64,000 nt of DNA from an uncultured Pseudomonadales bacterium (lineage in GTDB: Bacteria > Patescibacteriota > Microgenomatia > UBA1400 > Chazhemtobacteraceae), in NCBI GenBank assembly GCA_964618725.1, contig CAZUBK010000001.1, positions 132,908 through 196,907 of the forward strand, given 5' to 3'. The notes under the pieces were generated by a model. That model was not told the DNA's origin. It saw nothing but the letters and a program-made list of their open reading frames with translations, and ran no database searches. The position numbers and the translations under genes are program-made. Positions 25,480-35,658 of the stretch are shown here, piece by piece (within the stretch, counting starts at the first letter, position 1; each line of letters begins with the position of its first letter).

Positions 25480-26065
25480 TTCTTTTCTTGACTTTTCTTC
25501 TTAGTTTTTGTAAACTATCTTTAGAATCACGATGAAGAGCGCTCCTTAAGGGTTGGTCCTTCTGGAGTTCTTTTCTTTTTTGTAGGGAGAGCTTGTTTTT
25601 CTTTTCAGATATAAAACTCAAATACTTAGAATCGAAACGCTTTAGAAGTGAGGAGTAACTTGCCTTACTAGGTATCAAAAGTTGTCCTAGTTTATTTTTC
25701 TTTACTAAATACTCAACTAGGCAGTGAAAATCACCATCTCCGGTAACGATGACTGCTTTATTGAAATTATTCCACTCGATCATTGTATGTAAAACTAATT
25801 CTGCGTCAACGTTTCCTTTGGTTCCCTCTTTTCTAATGAGGGTTGGCTTGAAGATTAGCTTGAAACCGTCTTTTTTTAGATTTTGATAAAGTGGTTCATT
25901 CTCCTTAATGTAGCCAATAAAAAGAAAGGCTTTGTCAACTTGATATTTTTCTTTAAGATAAACACGAAAACTCTTGAAGTGTAGTTTCCAGCCCAAACCT
26001 CTTATCGCCAGATTTAGATTCTGGCTATCAATAAATGCGTAGTTGTTTTCTTTAGTTTTTATCAT
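25472..26065 (-). CDS. NYN-domain (LabA/PIN-like) predicted ribonuclease with Lys/Arg-rich C-terminal tail
   Basis: 'YAFIDSQNLNLAI' ... 'VDAELVLHTM' ... 'AVIVTGDGDFHCLVEYL' matches the NYN consensus (afiDg.Nl...vDvala.da....d.vvLvSGDgDF.pLv). 8-bp overlap with the upstream GT gene. Confidence 0.6.
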   Translation of the reverse strand: MIKTKENNYAFIDSQNLNLAIRGLGWKLHFKSFRVYLKEKYQVDKAFLFIGYIKENEPLYQNLKKDGFKLIFKPTLIRKEGTKGNVDAELVLHTMIEWNNFNKAVIVTGDGDFHCLVEYLVKKNKLGQLLIPSKASYSSLLKRFDSKYLSFISEKKNKLSLQKRKELQKDQPLRSALHRDSKDSLQKLRRKVKKRNE

Positions 26066-26096
26066 ATATTCAGCGTAGTCCGAATCTTACCCGAAG

Positions 26097-27203
26097 TCAA
26101 GACTTTAATTTGTATACTTCCAGTGTTTCTTTGGCCATTTTTTTCCAAGAATAGAGTTTGACTTGTTTGAGACCTTCTACGATTAGCGTGTCTCTGAGTT
26201 TCCTGTCGGTAGTTATTTGCTCAAGTTTTAGAACAAGATCATCTGCATCGTAGGGATCAAAGTACAGAGCCGCGTCTTGGTAGACTTCGGGAAGGCATGA
26301 AGCGTTGGAGGAGATAACAGGAAGTCCAACCATCATGGCCTCTAAGCCCGTTAGGCCAAAGCCTTCAATGAGGGAGGGTTGGACTAAAGCAATAGCTTGT
26401 GAATATAGATCGGACATGTCTTCGTCGGGGACAAAACCAAGCGGCTTGATAAACTCGCTCTCTTTAATGCGTTGGTGAAAAACACTTCTCCCACAAATGA
26501 GAGCAAGGGTGAGTTTGTGATCATGGGTTTTGTTGAAGGAATGAACGGCTTGTACAAGGAGGTCGACGTTTTTGTGAGGATAGAGATTGCCTGTATAGAT
26601 AATAAATGGCTTGTTGAGACTAAATTGCGTTAATAGTTTCTTGGCGTCACTTTGGTCTGCTTTGGAGAAATGCCAGTCAACGCCTTCATAGGTGACGTGA
26701 ATCTTCTTGGGATTGAGGTGATAGCGACTAATGAGTTCATTCTTCCAGTATTGAGTGGGGACGATGATCTGCTTGGCTTTGTGAACATCAAGGTAGATGG
26801 TAAGACGGTAGAAGAAATGTTTAAGCCAGTACTGCCAAGATGGGAGGGTAGTGGTGAGCTGACCGGTGGAAAGGTGTTTGATCAGGTCGTGGATGGTGAC
26901 AACTAATTTGCCTGGGTACAAAAGCGGGGCATTGAAGTGGGGAACGTGCAAAAGATCAAGTCGGTGCCAGGAAAAGATAACAGTGCCTATGAGCTGTTCG
27001 GCCAAGGTATAGGGACGAGGAGTGAACTTGACCAAGGTGACATTGTTGTATTTAAGATAGTCTGAGAGATCTGCCGGGTTACCGAAGAGAACATACTTGT
27101 TTTGATGGTCGAGTTCGAGGAGGTGATCGATGAGATTCTTGACATATCGGCCAATACCAGTGTGTCTGGGGCCGAAAAGCCGGGCATCTATACCTATTTT
27201 CAT
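26097..27203 (-). CDS. GT4-family glycosyltransferase
   Basis: 'MKIGIDARLFGPRHTGIGRYVKNL' and 'EGFGLTGLEAMMVGLPVISS'. Confidence 0.7.
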   Translation of the reverse strand: MKIGIDARLFGPRHTGIGRYVKNLIDHLLELDHQNKYVLFGNPADLSDYLKYNNVTLVKFTPRPYTLAEQLIGTVIFSWHRLDLLHVPHFNAPLLYPGKLVVTIHDLIKHLSTGQLTTTLPSWQYWLKHFFYRLTIYLDVHKAKQIIVPTQYWKNELISRYHLNPKKIHVTYEGVDWHFSKADQSDAKKLLTQFSLNKPFIIYTGNLYPHKNVDLLVQAVHSFNKTHDHKLTLALICGRSVFHQRIKESEFIKPLGFVPDEDMSDLYSQAIALVQPSLIEGFGLTGLEAMMVGLPVISSNASCLPEVYQDAALYFDPYDADDLVLKLEQITTDRKLRDTLIVEGLKQVKLYSWKKMAKETLEVYKLKS

Positions 27204-27207
27204 ATAC

Positions 27208-28119
27208 TTATGTTAATTTATGTTTGAGAATACGGATCTGGCCACGAAGTTTGATGCCGGTGAGAACAAGGGAAGTCAACCATTTGGGGTACTTGTCTTT
27301 GTAATATTTCTTGTAGAAAATCTCCATGGCTTTGACGGAAGACTTGGCGACCTTAATTCGATTGGCCTTGGGATTCTTGGCGATGAGGGCGGATTCTTTC
27401 CTTAGGCCGGAAGAAGCGCCCTTATAATGGATGACTTCTACTTTAGGATAATAGACAATGTCATAATCGGCCTGATGGATACGATAGGAGAGATCGATGT
27501 CCTCACCATAAAAGAAGTAGGTCTCGTCCCAACCCTTGAGGCGGTGAAAGAGCTTGGCAGACATCATTAGGTATGATCCGGCCGGGAGTTCGATTCTGTG
27601 GATCTTACTGAAGTCTTTGTAGGACTGGAAATAGTTGTTGAGGAGCCGACTTTTGGGAAAGAGTTTGTTTAAGCCACTGAAATGGGTCAGAGCAGTCCAG
27701 GGAGTGGGAAAGCCGCGGTGGTTGTCGGGATCGATTTGACCATTAGCCAGAATCAGTTTGACGGTGAGAGCACCTACTTTGGGATGGGTTTTGAGATACT
27801 TGAGGGGCTTAACCAGGGACTTAGCCGAGACTTTGGTGTCTGAATTGAGAAAAAGCAAATATTTGCCGGTGGAAACTTTGGCACCCTGATTATTAGCGGT
27901 TGAGAAACCTTTGTTTACTTTGTTCCTGATCAAGTTGACACTAGGGAAATCTCTCTCGACCATGTCTACGCTGCCATCTGAGGACGCGTTGTCAACGACA
28001 ATGACTTCAAGACCGTTTTTGGGCTTAAGGGCCTTCTTAATGGACTTGAGGCAGTCGAAAAGAAGTTCTACAGTATTGTAGTTGATAATGATGACGGAGA
28101 GATCGATTTGAGTATTCAT
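27208..28119 (-). CDS. GT2-family glycosyltransferase
   Basis: 'LSVIIINYNTVELL...VIVVDNASSDGS' GT-A DXD-type N-terminus. Confidence 0.7.
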   Translation of the reverse strand: MNTQIDLSVIIINYNTVELLFDCLKSIKKALKPKNGLEVIVVDNASSDGSVDMVERDFPSVNLIRNKVNKGFSTANNQGAKVSTGKYLLFLNSDTKVSAKSLVKPLKYLKTHPKVGALTVKLILANGQIDPDNHRGFPTPWTALTHFSGLNKLFPKSRLLNNYFQSYKDFSKIHRIELPAGSYLMMSAKLFHRLKGWDETYFFYGEDIDLSYRIHQADYDIVYYPKVEVIHYKGASSGLRKESALIAKNPKANRIKVAKSSVKAMEIFYKKYYKDKYPKWLTSLVLTGIKLRGQIRILKHKLT

Positions 28120-29321
28120 GGACGTTTGAGTGAGAGATAGATATTGCTTAGACGTTTGGTTATTTGCTGATAATCATAATTTTGCTTGACGAAGTCTTCA
28201 GCAGATCTGGCTAGCTTTTCGGCTTTGGCGGGATTTTTGACTAAGTCGATTATAGCCTGAGCCACTTCTTCCTTTTGGTTAGCAATAATGGCATGGGCCA
28301 TAGGAGTAATGCCAAGACCGCTCATGCCGACACTACTACTGACGATCGGGAGACGGCTGGCCATGGCGGCAAGATTTTTTAGTCGAGTGCCTCCCGGCCC
28401 CTTAAGCGGTGTGACAAAGATGTCGGATTGAACATAGGCATCTTTAATACTCTTCAGGTCATCTTCGGAAACCGGCTTAATTGTGACGGTCTCACCGGCT
28501 AGTTTTCTTAAGCTGTCGGGAGGGTGTTGACCGACAATGAGAACTCTAGCTTTGGGAATCTTTTTTTGAACGAGAGGGAGAATGTCACGAATGAGAATGT
28601 GGGCGGCTTCAGTATTCTGGAGCCAGTTAAAGTTGCTGACAAAAAGGAGAGTCGGATGATCAGTTTTCCAGGAATTCTTTCTTTGATTGAAAAGGTCAAA
28701 ATTGACACCGTTGGGGACGATGTCAACCTTAAGACGAGGCTCAAGCTTTAACATTTCCTGCTTATCAGCTTCGGAGACAGCGATGACTCGGTCGGCTTGA
28801 CGCCAGTAGAAGCGTTCCCAGTATTTGAGTTTAAGAACATCAATATTGAAGAGGGGGCGAAGAACTAATGGGGCAGTATGCTCGACATAGTGTTGGTAAA
28901 CTTTGTATTCGATGGTCTGGTCAACCAGGACGACGGGGATGTTAGTTTTAGGGATATGGGGCATGGCATAGAAGGTCTCCGCGTGAATGAGATCATATTC
29001 GTTTTCGAGAAGTTCCTTTTCAATGGCCTTTTTGGCTTGCTGAGAGAAGTTTCTGACCACCAAAAAAGGGAGGGTTGAGAAGCCGGTTCTTAAGATGTTT
29101 TGCAGGGTAAATGGTTTACGGGTACGCTGAAAAACGAGGACCTTTTTGCAAAACTCCTTTTCAAGAATAGGAATATATTTTTTTTCGGAAGGATCTTTGA
29201 TTAGAGAAAAGAGGGTAATATCATGATCTTTGCGTAAGTGTTTTAGGAGATTCTGGGTACGGATTTGGCCTCCTGATGAATCAGGGTAGGGAAGATAGGG
29301 GGTGAGCATCAAGATCTTCAT
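28116..29321 (-). CDS. GT4-family glycosyltransferase
   Basis: 'MKILMLTPYLPYPDSSGGQIRTQNL' and C-terminal GT-B Rossmann motifs. Confidence 0.65.
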   Translation of the reverse strand: MKILMLTPYLPYPDSSGGQIRTQNLLKHLRKDHDITLFSLIKDPSEKKYIPILEKEFCKKVLVFQRTRKPFTLQNILRTGFSTLPFLVVRNFSQQAKKAIEKELLENEYDLIHAETFYAMPHIPKTNIPVVLVDQTIEYKVYQHYVEHTAPLVLRPLFNIDVLKLKYWERFYWRQADRVIAVSEADKQEMLKLEPRLKVDIVPNGVNFDLFNQRKNSWKTDHPTLLFVSNFNWLQNTEAAHILIRDILPLVQKKIPKARVLIVGQHPPDSLRKLAGETVTIKPVSEDDLKSIKDAYVQSDIFVTPLKGPGGTRLKNLAAMASRLPIVSSSVGMSGLGITPMAHAIIANQKEEVAQAIIDLVKNPAKAEKLARSAEDFVKQNYDYQQITKRLSNIYLSLKRP

Positions 29322-30739
29322 GGCTTGTGTAACTCGAGAATGACATAGAGAGGATTTTTCTCAAGCACGGTAACAAATGGTTTGGTCATTAGCTCAGCAG
29401 TGAATTTGTCATAGGTAACCGAAACATAGTGAGTAGCGCCCTGTTTTATTTCGTCTTCGACGCTAGTGAGAACTAGGGGCCAGCCTTGACGTTTGGTTTG
29501 GTAGAGAAAAGCAGTGTCTGAGTTGTAGGGAGCAATGACTTTGGCGTCTTTGGGGAGGAGTTTATCTGCGGCCTCTCCGGCGATGACAATAGAGTTGTTG
29601 TTGATTTGATAGTAACCGCGGATCTCATACCAAGAGAGGAACAACATCATGGAAACAGAAAAAATGCAGAGAATGGGAGTAAGTGGCCAGATGCGATTGT
29701 CACTTGGAGTGAACATCGCGACAATTCCCTTGGCGAGGAGGGCGATGATGAAGGGGACAAACATGGCTTGATAGTAGTCGTGACGAACATTGCCACCAGC
29801 GAGTACAGCCAAGTAGGCAATGATGCCAAGAAACCAGAGATGATAGAAATAGTTTTCCTTTTTGGTCGGCTTGGTGAACAGACCAAAGGCGAGAATGATT
29901 ACGCCCCAGGTGCCTAAAATTAGCTCTCCTATCCTGACGCCAAAGAGCCAACGAAACCAAGCCGGACGGAAGCGAATTCCATTAACATTAAATAACCAGG
30001 ATGTGGCGGGAATACCCTCGGGGAATTGACTGATCCAGAGTCTCCAAGCAATGAAAGGGGTAAGGGCGATGATTAGATAAAGATAGAAGTATTTGTTTTT
30101 GTATAGCCTACCCCACTTGAGATTGGCTAGATGAAAGAGAGGAAGAACAAAGAAGAGGACGTAGGGTTTGATTAGCAAGGCCAAGGCCATCAGAATAGAA
30201 GAAAGGAAAAAGTTTGCGAGTTTTGGCTTTTGAAGTAGATTGAGAAAGAAGTAAATGCTACCAAGAAAGTAGGCCAACATGAGTGGCTCGGGGAGAATGA
30301 CGCGGGAGTAGTAAATATTGAAGGGCAGAATGGCCATGAGAAGGGCGCCGATATAGGCGACAGTGCGTCCGGAAAGGCGGTCAAGAATGAGATAAAAGAA
30401 AGTAAGTGTAACAAGAGAAAGGAGTGCTGAAAGAACCCGACCCCATTTATCAATTGACCAAAAGGTGAAGGTCTTAGTCAGAATGGCATGAAGGGCATTG
30501 TAGATGGGAAATTCAACCATTCGGTAGCCTTGAGGATTCTCTTTACCCGAAGGTATAGCCGAAATATCATGATATCGGGGGGAAAGTAAATTTATGCCAT
30601 CCTTAACGTAAAAATAAGAGACGGAGGCGGTGTCTGCCTGACGCCAGGAATGCCAGTCGGCGACGGCATTGTCGATCTTGTACCAACGAACAAAGAGAGC
30701 AAGAAGTAGGATGGGAAGGAGAAAGAGATGGCGTTTCAT
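29318..30739 (-). CDS. GT-C fold membrane glycosyltransferase (GT39/PMT_2/ArnT-like)
   Basis: More than 10 TM helices. N-terminal 'LALFVRWYKIDNAVADWHSWRQADTASV' loop typical of ArnT/PMT-type enzymes. Confidence 0.5.
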   Translation of the reverse strand: MKRHLFLLPILLLALFVRWYKIDNAVADWHSWRQADTASVSYFYVKDGINLLSPRYHDISAIPSGKENPQGYRMVEFPIYNALHAILTKTFTFWSIDKWGRVLSALLSLVTLTFFYLILDRLSGRTVAYIGALLMAILPFNIYYSRVILPEPLMLAYFLGSIYFFLNLLQKPKLANFFLSSILMALALLIKPYVLFFVLPLFHLANLKWGRLYKNKYFYLYLIIALTPFIAWRLWISQFPEGIPATSWLFNVNGIRFRPAWFRWLFGVRIGELILGTWGVIILAFGLFTKPTKKENYFYHLWFLGIIAYLAVLAGGNVRHDYYQAMFVPFIIALLAKGIVAMFTPSDNRIWPLTPILCIFSVSMMLFLSWYEIRGYYQINNNSIVIAGEAADKLLPKDAKVIAPYNSDTAFLYQTKRQGWPLVLTSVEDEIKQGATHYVSVTYDKFTAELMTKPFVTVLEKNPLYVILELHKP

Positions 30740-32136
30740 GATTTTATTGATTTAGTAACAATTCCTAGACTAAGCCCAGTATACATCCAGAAGAGAATAG
30801 CAGGTTTACTAGCCTCAAAGACGTCAATAAAGGTGGCGATGATAAGGAAGCCAAGAGTAAGTCCTAGAGTACCGATAAGATACTGTTTTAGAAGAGGAGG
30901 AAGTTTCTTTTTTAAACCACGAATTAATGAGGCAAATAGGTTAATTAGAATTAAGATCCAGGCAAGTAGGCCAAAGAGCCCAGTTTCGCCCAGGGCGCGG
31001 AGATAATCATTATCAGTGGCAAGCGAAAGTGAAGCATAGCCGGTACCTAGGAAGGGATTCTTGTAAAAGGAACGCAGGGCCCGTGGCCATTCTACGTCGA
31101 GTCGAATTGAGGTGGACCGATCGAGTTGAATGGGGCGAAGAGGAAGTTGCTCGTTAGTGTCAGGAGCCGCTTGCTCAGCGGCATAAACAGAGGAAATGAT
31201 CCCGCTTCGAGTATCAAAGATACCTTTGACCTTTTCCTGAATAGTTCTAAATTGAATGACCTCAACAAGACTGCCAAAACGGCCAACCAGGGAAGGAGTA
31301 TTGACAGCGCCAAGGAAAGAAATAAAGAGAACTAGAGGAATATACTTGGCTTTTTGGGAAAGAAGTAGAACTAGTGGCACTGTCAAGCTAGTGGCAAAGA
31401 AGGCGATACGAGAACCGGTCTGGAGTTGGAGCCAGAAGAGGCCAAGGAGAGAAAGAACATGTAGTGGGGTGAGGTAACGATGGCGGTAGCTAAACAGAAA
31501 GGCGGTACCAAGGCAGAGAGTCATGGTGAGATAGACTGCTAGGTCATAATGGCCGGCAAAAGTGGAGGATAGGTTGACGCCAGGTTGAAGGGTCAGAATG
31601 AAGCCTTTACTAAATTCTTCGTTTTGAGTTGAGATAACTGGAGCCTTAAAATACAACTGAGCAATACCATAGAAAAGGACGCCGAGGGAAATGGGGATAA
31701 GAAGCTTGCAGAAGAAGAGGAGATGTTTTTTGTTTTGGGCGAGATAAAGACCGGCAAAGAAAGGGAGAAGGTACTCAACGCGCCTGGCGAGATGAAGAAG
31801 ACCTAGATGTAGCGGAGTGGTCTTGGTTAGAAAGATGCCACTTAGAGTTGAAACAAGACTAACAAGAAAGAAAAGTAGAATTGTACGAGTAATTAGCTTA
31901 CTGAGGAAAAAATAACGAATTGATGGGCGAAGGAGACCAGTAAACAAGATTGCTCCGAGAAAGGCGATTATCAGGTCCTCGCTTCTGATGGCGACATAGG
32001 TACCAGGAACGTTCGCCAAGGGAAATTTGGGATAGAGAGGGATAAAAAAAAGAAGGGTAGTAAAAGTATATTTGAGAAGCGAGTCAAGTGAGGGAGAGTG
32101 ATAGGGCTTGTAAATAGGTTTGGCGTTTTTCTTCAT
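30736..32136 (-). CDS. O-antigen ligase/polymerase-like (WaaL/Wzy_C family) polytopic membrane protein
   Basis: About 12 TM segments with a large loop near the C-terminal third. Sits in a glycan cluster with flippases. Confidence 0.4.
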   Translation of the reverse strand: MKKNAKPIYKPYHSPSLDSLLKYTFTTLLFFIPLYPKFPLANVPGTYVAIRSEDLIIAFLGAILFTGLLRPSIRYFFLSKLITRTILLFFLVSLVSTLSGIFLTKTTPLHLGLLHLARRVEYLLPFFAGLYLAQNKKHLLFFCKLLIPISLGVLFYGIAQLYFKAPVISTQNEEFSKGFILTLQPGVNLSSTFAGHYDLAVYLTMTLCLGTAFLFSYRHRYLTPLHVLSLLGLFWLQLQTGSRIAFFATSLTVPLVLLLSQKAKYIPLVLFISFLGAVNTPSLVGRFGSLVEVIQFRTIQEKVKGIFDTRSGIISSVYAAEQAAPDTNEQLPLRPIQLDRSTSIRLDVEWPRALRSFYKNPFLGTGYASLSLATDNDYLRALGETGLFGLLAWILILINLFASLIRGLKKKLPPLLKQYLIGTLGLTLGFLIIATFIDVFEASKPAILFWMYTGLSLGIVTKSIKS

Positions 32137-32995
32137 GTCCTAATATTATCCCAAAGATAAGGTAGCGGAGCAATGAGCCCAAAAAGAAAAGAAGACTGAT
32201 CAAAGGCAGTTGCCATTTTGGCCTATGTTTGTAGAAAAAGTATTTGATTCCTCTGATCTCAGAAAGCAAAGCTAATTGACTACCCCCCGACTTACCACCA
32301 AGATGAATAATGGCAGCTTCCGGGAAGAAAAAGATACTGTGTTTACGGGCAATTCGATAACACAATTCGAGTTCTTCGGCATACATAAAAATCTTTTCGT
32401 CAAAACCGGCGACCTGGTTATAGACTTTACTGGGAATGAGGGTGAAAGCTCCGGTAACCCAATCAATCTTTTTGGGGTTGCGAGCATAGAAGTTTAGGTG
32501 AGGATGAACTGGTCTGACAATTGAACTAATTATTGATCCCAACAAGGGTAGATCATCAAAAAAGAATTGCCAAGTAAACAGATTTAAGAGGGTGGGGAAG
32601 AAGCCTCCAGAAGGCTGAATCGTTTTATCTTTGTTTAGCAGCTGACAAGAAATGGCACCCAAGCCTTCCTGATGCTGAGCGAAGGTGAGGGTTCTAATAA
32701 TAGAATCGTCAAAAATGAGGGTATCTGAGTTGAGGAGAAGAAGATGATTGGCTTTAGCGATTTTGACTCCTTGATTATTGGCGCCACCAAAGCCCTTGTT
32801 TTCTTTATTGATCAGCAATCTCACCTCAGGGAAGTATTTTTTTACCATCTCTGGCGAACCGTCAGTAGAGTTGTTGTCGACGACGATTACCTCTAGGTTA
32901 ATCGGAGTGTACTGGTAAAGCGAAGCCAAACAGGCTTTAAGAATACTCTTGGTATTATAGGAAACGACAATGACGGAGAGATCGGGCTTAATCAT
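32084..32995 (-). CDS. GT2-family glycosyltransferase
   Basis: 'LSVIVVSYNTKSIL...VIVVDNNSTDGSPEM'. Confidence 0.7.
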   Translation of the reverse strand: MIKPDLSVIVVSYNTKSILKACLASLYQYTPINLEVIVVDNNSTDGSPEMVKKYFPEVRLLINKENKGFGGANNQGVKIAKANHLLLLNSDTLIFDDSIIRTLTFAQHQEGLGAISCQLLNKDKTIQPSGGFFPTLLNLFTWQFFFDDLPLLGSIISSIVRPVHPHLNFYARNPKKIDWVTGAFTLIPSKVYNQVAGFDEKIFMYAEELELCYRIARKHSIFFFPEAAIIHLGGKSGGSQLALLSEIRGIKYFFYKHRPKWQLPLISLLFFLGSLLRYLIFGIILGHEEKRQTYLQALSLSLT

Positions 32996-33645
32996 GAGCG
33001 AAAGGATTTTGCGAAATCGATAGCACTTAGTCTGATTTGTTTAATCAAGAGCCAGGCAAGTGGAAACAAAGAAGTCCAGATGAAGAGGCGGGCGAGAGGG
33101 GAAGAAAAATAGGGACGGAAAGTAACCTTGGACTGATATTCGCGGCCCTCTCTAATCATCGCCCAACGGTCATATTGACGTTCAAAAAGTTGAAAGGTAA
33201 TAGGGGAAAGACGCGGGTTCCAGCCATTGACGAAGAGACTTTCGCGAAACGGGAGAACTACCTCTTCAAGATAATATGTAAGGAGCTGTTCCCGAACAAA
33301 CTGAGTACTCTCTTCGGGGCGATAGTTAAGGCGATATGAAGGGAGGGTGAACCCGAGGAACTGGAGTGAAAACTGATCTTGAGCTTGAGTGAGAACTTCG
33401 GCTCGGGAGTAATCTGTGTAATATGCGGGTTGATTGGGGTTCTGGATGGTGTCACCAGGCTCGTCTGACTTAAATGAGTTGGGAACTACGGGAGTGGAAG
33501 GAGAAGGAAGGAGGAGATATATAAGGCCAAGAAAGTAAATGGGGAGGCACAAAATGAGAAACTTTTTCATTGATAAAAGTTTAGCATGAAAATGCGCAAC
33601 CTTTGGAGGTTGCGCCTTTGAATTAGTTGCTGAGAATGACAACAA
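32992..33645 (-). CDS. hypothetical membrane-anchored protein (probable true start at 33570, MKKFLIL...)
   Basis: Single N-terminal TM (FLILCLPIYFLGLIYLLL) plus soluble domain; no recognised family. Confidence 0.35.
   Translation of the reverse strand: MLSFSATNSKAQPPKVAHFHAKLLSMKKFLILCLPIYFLGLIYLLLPSPSTPVVPNSFKSDEPGDTIQNPNQPAYYTDYSRAEVLTQAQDQFSLQFLGFTLPSYRLNYRPEESTQFVREQLLTYYLEEVVLPFRESLFVNGWNPRLSPITFQLFERQYDRWAMIREGREYQSKVTFRPYFSSPLARLFIWTSLFPLAWLLIKQIRLSAIDFAKSFRS
33594..33615 (-). terminator. hairpin gcgcaacc-N6-ggttgcgc (minus-strand terminator candidate after small ORF)
   Basis: 8-bp GC-rich stem, read directly; followed on the minus strand by ATTTTCAT. Confidence 0.35.
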
Positions 33646-33847
33646 AGATCAGACTTTCATCGTCGAGCGTTACATAGGTGACGGTGTACATTTCCTCTGC
33701 CAGCTTGGGATGTTGTTTTCCGGCATCAGGGGAAAAACGATCGGGATAAAAGTAGAATTTGTCATCTTTCTTTATCGCGGTAGCGATTCCGAGACCATTG
33801 AAGTCATAATTGCCAGCGATTCCCCCGGGTAAAATAAGATAAATCAC
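33623..33847 (-). CDS. small hypothetical protein (74 aa)
   Basis: Only ORF occupying the 33.65-33.85 kb gap; followed by a hairpin. No family recognised. Confidence 0.25.
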   Translation of the reverse strand: MIYLILPGGIAGNYDFNGLGIATAIKKDDKFYFYPDRFSPDAGKQHPKLAEEMYTVTYVTLDDESLIFVVILSN

Positions 33848-33902
33848 TTTTTTCCTCCTACAATGCTATCAAGTGCAAAATGTTTCTATAGAATAGCACG
33901 AT

Positions 33903-34538
33903 TTACTGGAAAAGTCTAGGGTGGCCGAGGCGGTAGTGAAAGTCGGTGATTTTCCGCTTACCAATTTCCTTGGCTGGAACTCCGCCAACGATAGTTTTCT
34001 CAGGAACGTCTTTGATGACAACGGCTCCACCGGCGATCACAGCACCTTTACCGATTTTGACACCGGGCATGATGATAACGCGAGGACCAATAAAAACGTA
34101 GTCCTCGATCTCGACGGCTTCCTCTATCGGATGCATATCTTCGCTGTGGACATCGTGTTCGGAGTTGTAGATCATTACTTCGGAAGCAATATCGACATGA
34201 GAACCAATCCTTAGTGGTGCGCGCCCGTCGAGGAAGGCTCGAAAGCCAACTAGGGTATCTTGGCCGATGATGATATTGGCGGGTTGGTAGAAACGAGCAC
34301 CGGTATGAATGGTGGAACCCTTACCAATCTTGACGCCGCAAAGGCGAAAAAAGTTGTTACGAAGGAAATGGATGGGTAGCCAGGCGAAACTGCCCATAAT
34401 GGCAATCTTGAGGTCGAGATGGTAGCTATAGAAGCGGTTGATGATCTTGGTTGCGGCTGAACCAAGAGGAAGTGGCCTATCATATTTGTCGACGATGTGA
34501 ATGCCTTGGGACGAGACTTTTAGGTTGGAAAGTTTCAT
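33903..34538 (-). CDS. hexapeptide-repeat (LbH) sugar O/N-acyltransferase
   Basis: Tandem hexapeptide repeats '[13 protein letters not shown]', '[13 protein letters not shown]', '[31 protein letters not shown]'. Confidence 0.7.
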   Translation of the reverse strand: MKLSNLKVSSQGIHIVDKYDRPLPLGSAATKIINRFYSYHLDLKIAIMGSFAWLPIHFLRNNFFRLCGVKIGKGSTIHTGARFYQPANIIIGQDTLVGFRAFLDGRAPLRIGSHVDIASEVMIYNSEHDVHSEDMHPIEEAVEIEDYVFIGPRVIIMPGVKIGKGAVIAGGAVVIKDVPEKTIVGGVPAKEIGKRKITDFHYRLGHPRLFQ

Positions 34539-35653
34539 TGGTTTATTGTAACAGCTGTTAGTATCTCCAGGGTTTTTTGGGCAGCTTCATCCCAAGAAAA
34601 ACGCTTGACATTTTCTTTATTCATTGCAACAAGATTTTCTCGTTTCTTTCTGGACAATGAAAGAGCTTCTCTTAGTGACTCAGCAATCTGCTTGACTGAT
34701 TTAGGGTCTTTGATGTAGATATTTCCCTCGCCAGCGATTTCAGGAAGACTGCTAACTGTGGAGGTGATGGTAATGGCGCCACAAGCCTGAGCCTCAATGA
34801 CGGGGATACCAAAACCTTCATAGAGGGAGGGGAGAATATAGGCAACGGAGGCTTTGTACAAGGCAGGGAGATCTTCGTCTGGAACGAAACCAGTAAAGAT
34901 GACTTTGTTTTCCACACCAAGTCCCTGTGAGATTTTCAGTATTTTTTCATACAACCATCCTTTTTTGCCAATGATGACCAGTTTGGTGCCGCCGCCCAAC
35001 TTAGCAAAGGCCTTGATCAGACGGAGAATGTTTTTGCGTGGCTGAAGAGTACCTAAAAAAACGAAGTATTTTCCTTTAATGCTGTATTTCTCGCGGACTT
35101 GTTGTTGTTTAGTGAGAGGAACCCGGGGTTGGTAGAGCTCTTGATTGTAACCTGGATAGATAACTTCAATTTTTTCTGGTGGAAGGCCGTAGTGCTCGAT
35201 AATATCGAATTTACTGGTTTGTGAGATGGTGATGATTTTCTTGGCCAATTTACTACTGACTTTGGTCCAGCGACGAAGTTGTTCAAGGTCATACTTACGG
35301 AAATACTCTAAGCCAAATTTTTCGTAGGAGAGGTCCATGATAGAAAAAACGCGGGGAACAGGACTAAGAAGGGGAATGTAATGGCTTGGAGAAAAGAGAA
35401 TGTCAGGGCGGGGCTTCCTCAGAAGTCGCAAAGTAAGACCGGTAACGACCCAAGCCTTGGAAGGTCCAAAGACCTCGTAAGTAAGTGATGAAGAAGAGGG
35501 AGGCATATCGGGGAGAGGGCGCTCTTTTAGGAAGACGACAAAACGGTGTTCGGTTTTAAGCTGTGAGAGGTGCCGGAGCAATTCAAAAGCAACTTGGTTG
35601 ACTCCAACACGTTGGGGAACATTGGCTTCATTTCCGTCAATCCCTATGAGCAT
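34535..35653 (-). CDS. GT4-family glycosyltransferase
   Basis: '[20 protein letters not shown]' and '[20 protein letters not shown]'. Confidence 0.65.
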   Translation of the reverse strand: MLIGIDGNEANVPQRVGVNQVAFELLRHLSQLKTEHRFVVFLKERPLPDMPPSSSSLTYEVFGPSKAWVVTGLTLRLLRKPRPDILFSPSHYIPLLSPVPRVFSIMDLSYEKFGLEYFRKYDLEQLRRWTKVSSKLAKKIITISQTSKFDIIEHYGLPPEKIEVIYPGYNQELYQPRVPLTKQQQVREKYSIKGKYFVFLGTLQPRKNILRLIKAFAKLGGGTKLVIIGKKGWLYEKILKISQGLGVENKVIFTGFVPDEDLPALYKASVAYILPSLYEGFGIPVIEAQACGAITITSTVSSLPEIAGEGNIYIKDPKSVKQIAESLREALSLSRKKRENLVAMNKENVKRFSWDEAAQKTLEILTAVTINQ

Positions 35654-35658
35654 ATAAG

